From Raja brachyura (Eukaryota): a DNA stretch of 64,000 nt. The stretch covers positions 24,986,001 through 25,050,000 of the forward strand of contig OY740797.1 of NCBI GenBank assembly GCA_963514005.1, given 5' to 3'. Positions 41,481 to 53,131 of this stretch are shown in pieces. The translations under genes and the position numbers were made by a program. The notes beneath the pieces are model-generated. The model worked only from the letters and a program-made list of their open reading frames with translations, made no database searches and was not told the origin of the DNA. Within the stretch, counting starts at the first letter, position 1; the number at the start of each line of letters is the position of its first letter.

Positions 41481-41846
41481 GGAGGGGTGGTAGGCCAACT
41501 TGCTCTATTTGATCTTGCTTGCACGCCAGACCACGTGAAGGTTCCAATCTCCCACACCTGTCCCATTGTGATGGCATATGTAAATGAGATCCATTGTGAT
41601 TAGACATCTGTCAGATGGCTCTGACTCGTGCAGCTGTTTGATTTTAGTAGGCCCACCTGAAGGTTCCAATCTTCCAGCCCTGCCCCATTGTGATGTCATA
41701 TCATAGGTAAATTAGATCCATTGTGATTGGACGTCTGTGAGATGGCGCTGTGACACATGCAGCAGTTTGATTTTAATTTTTTTGGATTTTTTAACTAAAA
41801 AGGCAGGGAAATTAATAACCAAATGTTCTAATTTTCAAAACAAAAT

Positions 41847-43300
41847 GTGGAGGAGGAAACACTCCACAGGAATATGGTGACACCTGGCCCATCAAACTCC
41901 AATATGCCTCTCCCCCGGGTGACTGTAGCAGAGGTTAGATCGGCCTTCCTGATGGTAAACTCACAAAAGTCAACTGGACCAGATGGAGTTCCTGGCAGTG
42001 TCCTTAGTAGCTGCGCGGACCAGCTAGCAGAGTATCCTACTCCGTTCAGAAGTACCCACGTGCTTCCAAAAGACCACTTTCATCCCATTGCCGCAGAAAA
42101 ACAAGATCTCATGCCGAAACGACAACCAGTGGCCTTCACGTCCGAAATCATGAAATGTTTTGAGAGGCTAGATATGGAACGCATTAAATCCAATCCACCC
42201 AGTGACTTTGACCCACTGGAGTTCGTCTACTGCCACAACAACTGCATGGATGATGCCGTCACCCTAGCCCTACACACATTCCTAGAACACCTGAAGAGGA
42301 GAGACACCTACTTCAGACTCCTATTCATAGATTACAGCTCTGCCTTTAATACCACCCCAGTTCATCACCAAACTCGCAGGACTTGGGGTCAGCACTCATC
42401 TCTGCAACTGGATCCTCGACTTCCTGACCAACAGACACCAATATGTAAGGATAGGGGACAAATCATCCTTTGTGATAATCCTCAACACTGGTGCTCCACA
42501 AGGATGCGTTCTCAGCTCTCTTCTTTACACCTTGTACAGCCACGACTGGGCAGCCATGTACAAATCTAATTCAAGTGTCAAATTCCCAGATGACACCACC
42601 ATTGAGAGCCGGATATCAAATAATGATGAGACAGAGTGCAGTAAGGAGATTGAGAACTTCGTGTCATGGTGTCGAGACAATAAGCTTTCTCTCAACGTCA
42701 GCAAGGTAGTGATCGACTTCAGGAAGCAAAGTGGTACACATACCCCAGTTTGCATTGATGGTGCTGAAGTAGAGAAGGTCGAAAACTTTGAATTTCACGG
42801 AGTCAATATCACCAATAACTTCTACTGGGCCCCTCATATTGAAGCAACGACCAAGAAAGTACACCAACGCTTCTGCTTCCGTAGAAAGCTTAGGAAGTTT
42901 GGCATGTTCCCTACATCTCTCACCAACTTTTACAGATGCACCATAGAAAGCATTTTTTCAGGATGCATCACAGCGTGGTTTGGGAACAGCTCCATGCCGG
43001 ACCATAAGAAATTGCAGTGAATTGTGGATGCAGCTCAGGCCATCACACAATCCAACCATTCTATTGCATCAATTTATACTTAACGCTGCCTTAGCAAGGC
43101 CTGCAGCATGATCAAGGACGAGTCGCACCCTGGCCACTCCCTCTTCTACCCTCTCCCATGAGAAAAATGTGTGAAAACGCACACCACCAGAGTCATGGCG
43201 AGTTTCTTCCCAGCTGTTATCATGCAACTGAATCATCCAATCACAACCAGAGAGCAATGCTGAACTACCTACCTCTGATGTCCCTTGGACTATCCTTGAC
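41847..43300 (+). mobile_element. Rex1/Babar-like LINE RT fragment (frameshifted)
   Basis: LFIDYSSAFNT, NTGAPQGCVLS, KFPDDTT and FYRCTIESI motifs. Confidence 0.85.
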
Positions 43301-43329
43301 CGGACTCCGGAGGAGTAAACGGGGGGTTT

Positions 43330-44710
43330 GAGAATAATTAAGAAGGAAATCAGGAAGGCAACAAGTGGGCACGAAACAACTTTTGTAGAGAAAATTTCGG
43401 AAACTCCAAAAAAATTGTCTAAGTATATTTAGGTAAATAGGCTGATTAAGGAGAACATAAGTCCCTTCAAATAACACACTTTATGTTTATGCTTGGAGCT
43501 GCATGAGATGGACGAGATGCTCAATGAAAGTTTTTCTTCGGGGGTGTGGTTAATGTTCTACCTTTGTTTTAGAAGGGCTACAGAAAGAAAACTTGGGAAC
43601 TATAGACCAGTAGGCTTGACAATAAAAACCTGGGAACTATAGGCCAGTAAGCTTGATGTTACGGGAGGTGCTATGGCGCAAAACAATTTACAGCATTTGC
43701 AAAGGTAGGCATGCATTATAGATACTTAGCATAGCTTGTGCGTGGGAGTATGTGTCTCGCGAATCTGGTTGAGTTTGGTGATTGGCGAAGAAGGTAAACG
43801 AGAGAAGGTCCACTGGACTTCAGCAAGGCCGTTGACAAGCTTCTGCTTGGTAGATCACTCTGCTTGGTAGATCACATGGGATTCAGCGAGAGATAATTAA
43901 TTAGATAGGCAATACGCCCATTGAAAATAGCAAGGGCTGATAGTGGTAGCATTTTTTTCGGACTAGAGGCCTATTCCAAGAGAGGTGTCTCAAGGGTCGG
44001 AGCAGGGCACATTTTCATGTGTTGCCAACATCGCCCATTTGGATAAAAATGTCTATGACATTGGTAATAAGTTTGCAGATGTCACGAAATTAGGTGGCAT
44101 CTTAGCTGTGCAGAAGGTTACCAGAATGAGAACAGCATTTGGTCAGCTGGGCATGTGGGCCAAATAGTATGTAATGGAGTTTATTTCAGCTGTGCAAAGT
44201 GATGCAATTTGGGATGTCAATATTGTGTAAGACCTTTACAGTTTTAACGTAGGGACCTTGGGATGTATTCGGAAGTCCGACCAGATCCTTCACTGAAAAG
44301 TGCGTCCCGGGTTGTTAGGGTGCAAGGAAGGTGTTTGCACGATGGCCTTAAATTGAAAGGACATTGAATATAGAGGTTGGGAAGTTATGTTTCAGTTGCT
44401 CAAACCACGCGGGAAATGTTAACATCTGGTCACTCTGCCGTTGAAAACACACAATTAAACAAGAGAGTGCAGAGAATATTTCCGAGAAGTTTGCCAGGAC
44501 TCAAAGGACTGAGAGGCAGGAGTAGCGATCCAGACAGGTACGATAGTGGCATTTTCGAGACTTTGCCTATGTATATGACTGTGCAGGGAAAGGAATTGTA
44601 TGGATTACAGTATGTGTAGGTAGATAGCGATTGTACTGCTCATCATTTTCGGTGCAGACATCGTGGGCAGCAGGGTCTAACCTTGTGCCGTACACAGTGT
44701 TCAAGTGTTC
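43330..44710 (+). mobile_element. Old degenerate CR1 LINE
   Basis: NYRPV, DFSKAVDK, VSQGS and KFADV remnants. Confidence 0.7.
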
Positions 44711-45774
44711 TAGTTGAGCCGAGGGAACTGATTCGGTGCTGTATGACAGTGTGACTCCATGCCGATGTATAAAAGCAAGGTCACCATTGAGGTTTATTCG
44801 CATTTTTAGAGGTACAACAGATAAAAACAAAACAATTGATGCAGTGGACTTTTAGAACGATTTCAATCACAAAGTACAGAATGGAAACAGGTCCTTCATT
44901 CCACTGAGGCCATGCCGAGTATTGATGTCGATCAGAAAGTGTGGGATAAGTTGGCGGAATTTTCGCTTCGTTCTCTCCCAAATAAAGAGTGAGAATATGA
45001 CGGAACATGTAATTTCTGGTTTGAGATTTAAGATGACAACAGCAATGTAAATCGGTAAATACAGTGAGGATAAATATTCATTTCGGCCTCGCAGGAAACA
45101 GTGCTCTTAACTGCAGCTCTGATATGTCCGAATCTTGGGACTTCAATCGGTCCGTTCGCGGGGCCTTTCATCGCTCAGCGCGGCTTTAAACCGGCCGCGG
45201 GCACTGCCATCCACAGGCGGGAGCTTCAACATCGGAACCAGCAATTTGACCGCGGTGGAAAATCCCGCGGCCGCGTCACGCCGGGTGATGAAAGGCCCCG
45301 CGAATGGGCCGATTCGTACTCCCCGCTATGATCTTTGCTCCACCAGGACGTCTCCCTCCTCCAGACAACGCGCTCTATCTTCAGTCTCACCCCGCTACTT
45401 CCGCCTCTGACCGATACCTCCCTCTTCCAATCATCGCACGAAATCATCATGTCCCGCCCCCCTTCCCACTTCCTGCTGACCGACGTCTCTCTCGTCCAAT
45501 CGGCGACCTTGATCGTCAGTTCCACCTCCACTGTCTCGCGGAAAGCGGAGATTTGTAATTTTTTTTCTCCGAATTTCATAATCTGGATTACAAAACAGGG
45601 GGGGGAGGATTGTCCCCCACCCCTCAAAACATGGAGGGGATGTGTCCCCCTGTCCCCACACACGCTTCGTCCCACCGAGGCCACTAGTTCTATATTATCC
45701 CACTTTCGGATTTACCCACTGTAGATTAACCATCTTAATCCATACCTATATAATCTCCAATACACAAAGTTCAG

Positions 45775-46370
45775 AGTGTTAAAGAAGGAACTGCAGATGC
45801 TGGAGAATCGAGGGTTACACAATAAAAGCTGGAGAAACTCAGCGGGTGCAGCAGCATCTAAGAAGCGAAGGAGATAGGCGACGTTTCGGGTCGAGACACT
45901 TCTTCAGACTGGTCAGGGATCAGGGAAACGAGAGATATAGACCGTGATGTGGAGAGATAAAGAACAATGAATGAAAGATATGCAAAAAAGTATTGATGAT
46001 AAAGGAAATGGGCCATTGTAAGCTGTTTGTAGTGTGAAAATGAGAAGCTAGTGCGACTTGGGTGTGGGGGGAGGGAGATGGAGAAGGAATGTCAGGGCCC
46101 GAGGGCTGAGGGAGAGGTGGGGAGGGGGAGGAGGCAATCTGGGTTAACAGGATTGAGAAAATTCAATGTTTAAGCCCAGAGGATGCAGACTCCCCAAGCG
46201 GAATATGAGGTGCTGTTCCTCCAACTTGCAGTGTTGCTCACTCTGGCCGTGGAGGAGGCGCAGGACCAAGAGGTCGGATACGGAATGGGAGGGGGAGTTG
46301 AAGTGCTGAGCCACCGGGAGGTTGGGTTGGTTATTGCGGACCGAGCGGAGGTGTTTGGCGAAACGACTCG
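45775..46370 (-). mobile_element. Penelope-like element 3' part (GIY-YIG C-terminus and terminal repeat)
   Basis: RFAKHLRSV...PVAQHFNSPSH...KLEEQHLIFRLGSLHPLGLNIEF. Confidence 0.85.
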
Positions 46371-46873
46371 GGTTCTTATTAAACATTTTCCTTCTCACCA
46401 TAAAACAATGCCATTTAGTTCTTGATTGCTCAATCACTATTCTGGAAACTATTCTGTGCATTCACCCTATCTACTTATCTCATGATTTCTACTCGGGTGT
46501 CATGAGTTAAGATATTCTTATTTCGTCCCTTGGCAGTGCTTCTATTCCATGCCATCAGTTCCCAATCTACATTATGACACATTGGTTGACAATGGAACGA
46601 TTCACGCAGGTATGTCTGAAAGGTTCTCATTTTTTATGTCCTGTGGCTTCTCCCCACAAGAGTAGATGGAACCCTTGCATGAAGCTCATCTAGTTCCTGA
46701 ACTAATCATTATTTTCAACCCCACCAGTCTCCACATCCAAAGCGTCATGCAAAGTAATGAATAGAAGAGCTAATAGGATCACACCACCATAGAATAGAGT
46801 GATACATTGTGGAAACAGGCCCCTCGGCCCAACTTGCCCACACCGGCCAACAATGTCCCAGCTACACTAGTTC

Positions 46874-48646
46874 TAGCAATGTTAAAAAATTTGAGATTTT
46901 AAAAATCAAGTCTGTAATTTATCCCATCAGGTAAAGCAAAAAAAAGAAGTTTAATTGGACACCTAATTCACTTACATATCTTCAGTATTAAGATAGTTAT
47001 GGCCATTTTCATACTCGGAAATTAGCAACTTGTTTCCTATTGCTTTTCTATTGACTCAACTCAAAAGTTGTGATCGAGGACAGTCAAAAGCCCATAAATT
47101 AATGGGCATTTTAAACAGCTTGCGAGTGGGATTTTCTGGAACGCGATGGATTAGAAAGTTGCGGTTGCAGTGAATTTAAACACAAAATATCGGCAGGAAA
47201 ATTTCTGCCAGGTTGTATGGGGACTAAATCACCGTTTCGCAACATTAAATGTTGATTAAGGTCATCTAAAAAAGCAGGTTTATATGTAAAAATAAACAGC
47301 TTTCGCTTACCTGGCCCCGACGTAAAATCGGTCCCCGTTGTCGGCGTTCACAGAAAGGTATGTTGCAAAACTTACCTTGTGCAGCGCTGCAGTTCTGCCG
47401 CTCCCCGTGTGCGTGACTTTGGCGCCTTTCAGAGGGGGGCGGGCTTAAAGTGCCGTTTTTCAACAGGCAGGTCAAATCGATGAATGTCGGGCGATTTGGT
47501 TGCGGAAGAAAAATCGCTCCGACATTTCATGAATGAAGGTATTTTTAAATTACTCTAAATTATTTATTAACTAGAGTAATTTAAAAATCACCTTCAAAAG
47601 CCGTGAGAACAGACAACCGGAAGGATTTTGCGTAGGGGAGAAAAAAAGGTAAATAGTTTATTTTTATATTAAAAGTTGGTTTTTCGGGAGCCTTTAATAA
47701 TATTTTTACGTTGTGAAATGGGGTCCCAAACAATGTATGAACCAACAGTATTTTTCCTCCCGACTTCACCGCAAACCGCAACGTTCCAATCCACCGCATT
47801 CCACTAAAACCCACTCGCTAGTTGATTTAAATGGCCATTAATTTACAGGCATAAAACACTAAATTCCTTCCATTTGGCCCAGAAATTCATGAAAATGTGA
47901 TTTAAAAATTATGTTATATTGTGGACTATTGTGTGAATGTTATTTGGACACTTGGGCAATTTTAAAAAAGTTTATCTTTTCTTAAGAAATTGATAGATGT
48001 TTAGATCTACTCATTGAATTTTGTAATTAGCTACAATTAGATAACTAACTAATTATATGCTTTAATTTCAGGTCATCCAAGTAAGATTGTTTCACATTTG
48101 TTTCAGAATGCTTCAATCTATAATAACTGAACATTTCATTGAGTTCTCTTAATTTTTAAGAAAGTTATGGGCTTTTAACTTTTCCAGATCACAGCTTTTG
48201 AGTTAAGTCAATTGAGAGGCAATGGGGAGCAAGATGCTAATTTCCGAGTATGAAAATGGCCATAACTTTCTTAATACTGAAGATATGAAAGTAAATTAGA
48301 TGTCAAATTAAACTTCTTTTTATGCTTTATCTGATGGGATAAATGGCAGACTTGATTTTTTAAATCTCAAAATTTTGTAACATTGCTACATTAGGAGCTA
48401 ATTTTTATTTTACTCCAGCGCTGAAATAGTCGGGCGATTTATTTTTAATAATTAACTTACCGGCAGTCGGAACGAATCTCCAGAAATAGATCGCACTCCG
48501 ACAAAGGAAAGCTCCGATGGCAAAGGAAAACCGCATTTTAACCCCGCCCGCCCCCCCCCCCCCCCTCCCTTAAAGGCGCCAACGTCGCGCACACGGCCAG
48601 TGACAGAACTGCAGCACCGCTAAAGGTACGTTTTGTAACATACCTA
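46874..48646. mobile_element. Non-autonomous hAT-like TIR element containing an inverted copy of the same family (47355-48388)
   Basis: Termini TAGCAATGTTAAAAAA and TTTTGTAACATACCTA; flanking CTAGTTC duplication; long internal inverted arms. Confidence 0.75.
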
Positions 48647-49449
48647 CTAGTTCCACTTGCCTGTGCTTGATCCATATCCCTCCAAACCAGTCCTATCCAT
48701 GGACCTGTCTACCTGTTTCTTAAATTATGCGATGTTCCCAGTCTCAACTACCTCCTCTGGAATCTTGTTCCATACACCCACCACCCTTTGTGTGAAAAAG
48801 TTACCCCTCCGAATCCTATTAAATATTTTCTCCTTCACCTTGAACCAAAGCCCTCTGGTCCTCGATTTCCCTGCTCTGGGCAGAAGACTCAATAGACAAT
48901 AGACAATAGGTGCAGGAGTCGGCCATTTGACCCTTCGAGCCTGCACCGGCATTCAATGTGATCATGGCTGATCATCCCCAATCAATACCCCGTTCCTGCC
49001 TTCTCCCCATATCCTCTGACTCCGCTATTTTTTTAAAGCCCTAACTAACTCTCTGTGCATCCACTCGATCTACTCCTCTCATGTTTTTGTATACATCTAT
49101 AAGATCTCCCCTCATCGTCCTGTAATCCATTGAATAGAGACCCAGCCTTCGCAACCTGCTAAGGGCGGAAATCACTTTAAAAACACTGGGGGAGGGGGGG
49201 GGGGTGACATAATTGCCTGGCGACCCGAAGATGAGTGTGCATGACAAATTTATCTCCTCCCATCCAAAGATTCTTCATGTATGTTTTTGTTAGTTTGTGA
49301 AAAGTTTACTATGTTGTTTTCTCTCTCTCTCTCTCTCTCTCCTCCAAGGTTAGTTCTTCGGTTTACCTTTATTTGCTTCAGTTTTATTCAGTGTTACTTA
49401 TCATGCTGTAGCTTTTGAAAGATTTAAACGGGTATCGGACGATCGGTAA

Positions 49450-50277
49450 TGCATCTGTCCCACTTCGGAAACCCGAACGAAAACCTCTGGAGACCTTGCG
49501 CCCCACCCAAGGTTTCCGTGAGGTTCCCGGAGGTTCCCGAAGGTTCCGGTCACTCTCCCTAATGGTGAAAAGTGGTTTCCGCGTAGTCGAGCCTTCTATG
49601 TTCCTGCGGTTATTAAAAAAAACGGCCTCAACTAAAAATAGGTTGCCGTTTGGTCGAAGCTACTGCAGTGGGGTGCTATTCACTTACAGGCAGTGGAACG
49701 CAATCGCCTTCCCTGACCGGCCATTTTGATTGGCTCATTGGAGTTTTCAGCAAAGATCCTGTCGGATGTTTGGTTTTTAGGACCTAGAAGATCCGCCGGA
49801 GGGTAAAATGCCCGCTAACTTTATTAAACTTCTTACAACTGTCTCCACGCCTTCTCCTCCCCCCGTTTCTCTCCCGCTCTGCTCCCTTCTCTCCCCTTCT
49901 CTCCCCTTCTCCTCCCTTCTCTCTCCCCTTCTCTTCCCCTTCTCTCTCCCTTTCTCTGTCCTCCCTCCCGCGCTCTCTAAAGGACTTACGGTGCTCTGTG
50001 GCAGCCGTTTACCTTCCTCTTCATTGCGCAGCAACGCTCCTCCGCTGTCCCTGGGCCCCACCTTCGCGATGTGTTTGTGTGTGTGTGTGTGCGGTAGCCA
50101 AGATGCAATAGGATCTTTGATCAGTAGATGCAGCTCACGCTTCGGTCGAGGGTTTCCAGGCAAGTGTCCAAAACCTCTGGTGACTCATGGAGAGTGACCG
50201 GAACCTCACGGAAACCGGGGGTGGGGCGCAAAGTCTCCACAGGTTTACGTTCAGGTTTCCTACGTGGGACAGGGGCA
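49450..50277. mobile_element. PIF/Harbinger-like non-autonomous element
   Basis: ~80-bp TIRs (TGCATCTGTCCCAC... / ...GTGGGACAGGGGCA) with TAA on both sides. Confidence 0.8.
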
Positions 50278-50826
50278 TAAGGGTCCTGGCCGTGAGCACG
50301 GGCTTCCTGGCGTGCAGATACAGTCCCTCATTCACCCACGTTATTTAGTAATTTTTACCCATAATTTAGAGAAAATGATGGGTAAAGATTACTGGATAAT
50401 GTGGGTGAATGAGGGACCCTACCTGCACGCCAGGAATCCCTTGCTCGCGGTCCGGAGCCCTTAATGGCTGTCCGAACGGTCCGGTGCCCCTTTAAATCTT
50501 TCAAAAGCTGCAACGTGATAAATAACACTAAATAAAACTGAAGCAAATAAAGGCAAACAGAAGTACTAACCATGGACGAGAGAGTGAAGGGGGGGGGGGG
50601 GGGGCATTCATAAATTAACTTTTGATAAACTAACAAAAATGAACATAAACATACTTAATTTGTTTAAATTCATATAACATCCCTAAATGGTGGGTAAAAA
50701 TTACTAAATAACGTGGGTGAATGAGGGGCTATACATGCACACCAGTTCGACCGCCGGATCCCTTAATGATCCTCCGATACCCGTTTAAATCTTTCCCATC
50801 CACCAATACATCCAAAGTTCACAAAT

Positions 50827-50860
50827 GGTCTGAAGAAGGGTCGAGACCCGAAACGTCGCC
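50827..50860 (+). ncRNA. Minimal type I hammerhead ribozyme motif (Penelope-associated)
   Basis: CTGAAGA, then A, GGGTC/GA/GACCC stem, GAAAC and GTC; short helix I GGT/GCC. Confidence 0.6.
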
Positions 50861-51658
50861 TATTCCTTCTCTACATAGATGCTGCCACGTCCGCTGTGTT
50901 CCTCCAGCATATTTCGTCTGCCACCAAAGTTCCAATGGTAATTATACCCGCATCAGATAGTTTTAAGAAATTCTCGAGTGAATTTTATTCAAATGAACGC
51001 ATCAGTAATACTTGAAGGTCAAAACCAAAGATAGTCAAAACACAATTATATTTACTGAGGAATGCATATCGACGTATCGATTGGTGACGCATCGAAATAA
51101 CAGTGAGATATGACAGTTAACACATAGTTTTTATCTCAAAATGAAGTGATAAACAACCCCAATCGGTCTGCAGTACTAATTAAACCCGAGAGCTTTATAA
51201 AAATGTAACATTCTGAGGCGGTTTTGCTTTTGCTGCAATCTGAGCCAGCTGACCATGCATGGGGCCGCAACTCCTCGGCGCGCGATCGGATGGAACATCG
51301 CAAAATACATGTTTCACAAAACATGGGCGGATTATCCCCCATTTCTCAAAACATGAAGAGAACATATCTTCCTGTGCCGTCTAACCCCCCCCCCCCCCCC
51401 CCCCCCCCGCCCCCCGGATTTCCGCCCATGCAACCTGCTCACCTCTCCATATTGCCTACACCCTCTAGTCATAGCACCATCCTCGTAAATTAGGGATGTA
51501 TTCCTCTATGTTTCAGTGTTTTTAAATGATTACCTTCTTCGTGAATCCAAGGTCCTGGCAAAATCCTCGTAAATCGGAGATGTCTTCTTCTTCGTTTCGA
51601 TGTTTTGAATAAAGGACCTCGATGGTAATGCGCCATTAGGATGTGGTGACCATAACAT

Positions 51659-52248
51659 ATAACCATATAACCATATAACAATTACAGCACGGAAACAGGC
51701 CATCTCGGCCCTTCAAGTCCGTGCCGAACAACTTTTTTCCCTTAGTCCCACCTGCCTGCACTCATACCATAACCCTCCATACCCTTCTCATCCATATGCC
51801 TATCCAATTTATTTTTAAATGATACCAACAAACCTGCCGCCACCACTTCCACTGGAAGCTCATTCCACACCGCTACCACTCTCTGAGTAAAGAAGTTCCC
51901 CCTCATGTTACCCCTAAACCTCTGTCCCTTAATTCTAAAGTCATGTCCTCTTGTTTGAATCTTCCCTGTTCTCAAAGGGAAAAGCTTGTCCACATTAACT
52001 CTGTCTATCCCTCTCATCATTTTAAAGACCTCTATCAAGTCACCCCTTAACCTTCTGCGTTCCAGAGAATAAAGACCTAACTTATTAAACCTATCTCTGT
52101 AACTTAGCTGTTGAAACCCAGGCAACATTCTAGTAAATCTCCTCTGTACCCTCTCTATTTTGTTGACATCCTTCCTATAATTAGGCGACCAAAATTGTAC
52201 ACCATACTCCAGATTTGGTCTCACCAACGTCTTGTACAATTTTAACAT
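51659..52248 (-). mobile_element. Young CR1 3' fragment nested in the host CR1
   Basis: ORF 51742-52248 is nearly identical to the C-terminus of ORF 12604-13800; (CCATATAA)n tail. Confidence 0.92.
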
Positions 52249-53053
52249 GGTCAGGTTTAATCAACAATTGGAGAGGGAAAGGGGTAGATCGGAGGTGTCA
52301 GTGTTACATTTCAATAAAGGGGACAATGGTGCCACGAGGGAGGAGCTGGCCAAAGTTGACTGGAAAGATACACTAGCAGGGATGACAGTGGAAAAAAAAG
52401 GCAGGTATTTCTATGAATAATACAGAAGGTGCAGGATCAGTTCATTCCTAGGAGGAAGAAAGATTCCAAGGCGAGTAAGGGGCGACCGTGGCTGACAAAG
52501 GTCGTCAGTGACAGTAAAAAAAATAAAAGAGAAGTACAACGTAGCAAACATGAGCTACATGTAAGAGGATTGGGTAATGTTGAAAGAGCAACAGAAGATA
52601 ACTAAAAAGACAATACGGGGAGAAAAGATGAGGTACGAAGGTAAGCTAGCCAAGAATATAAAGGAGAATAGTAAAAGCTTCTTTAGGTATGTGAAGAGAA
52701 ACAAATTCGTTAAAACAAAAGTTGGACCCTTGAAGACCGAAAAAGGTGAATTTATTCCGGGGAACAAGGAAATGGCAGATGAGTTGAACAGGTACTTTGG
52801 ATCCGTCTTCACTAAGGAGGACACAGTCTTCCTGATATAGTAGTAGTCAGAGGATCTGGGGTGACGGAAGAAATGAAGGAAATCCACATTAGGCAGGAAA
52901 TGGTGTTGGGTAGACTGATGGGACTGAAGGCTGATAAATCCCCAGGGCCTGATGGTCTGCATCCCAGGGTACTTAAGGAAGTGGCTCTAGAAATCGTGGA
53001 TGCATTGGTGATGATTTTCCAATGTTCTATAGACTCAGGATCAGTTCCCGTGG

Positions 53054-53055
<2 letters not shown>

Positions 53056-53131
<76 letters not shown>

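Noticed and set aside
36639-41607. Long Pro/Ser/Leu-rich and Gly/Glu/Arg-rich ORFs (up to 857 aa)
   Set aside because: Artefacts of stop-poor low-complexity sequence; some span the N gap.
46549-46609. ATG...GCAG|GTATGT segment resembling another leader exon (MPSVPNLHYDTLVDNGTIHA)
   Set aside because: Not hydrophobic, 61 nt rather than 55, and no V exon found downstream; at most a decayed relic.
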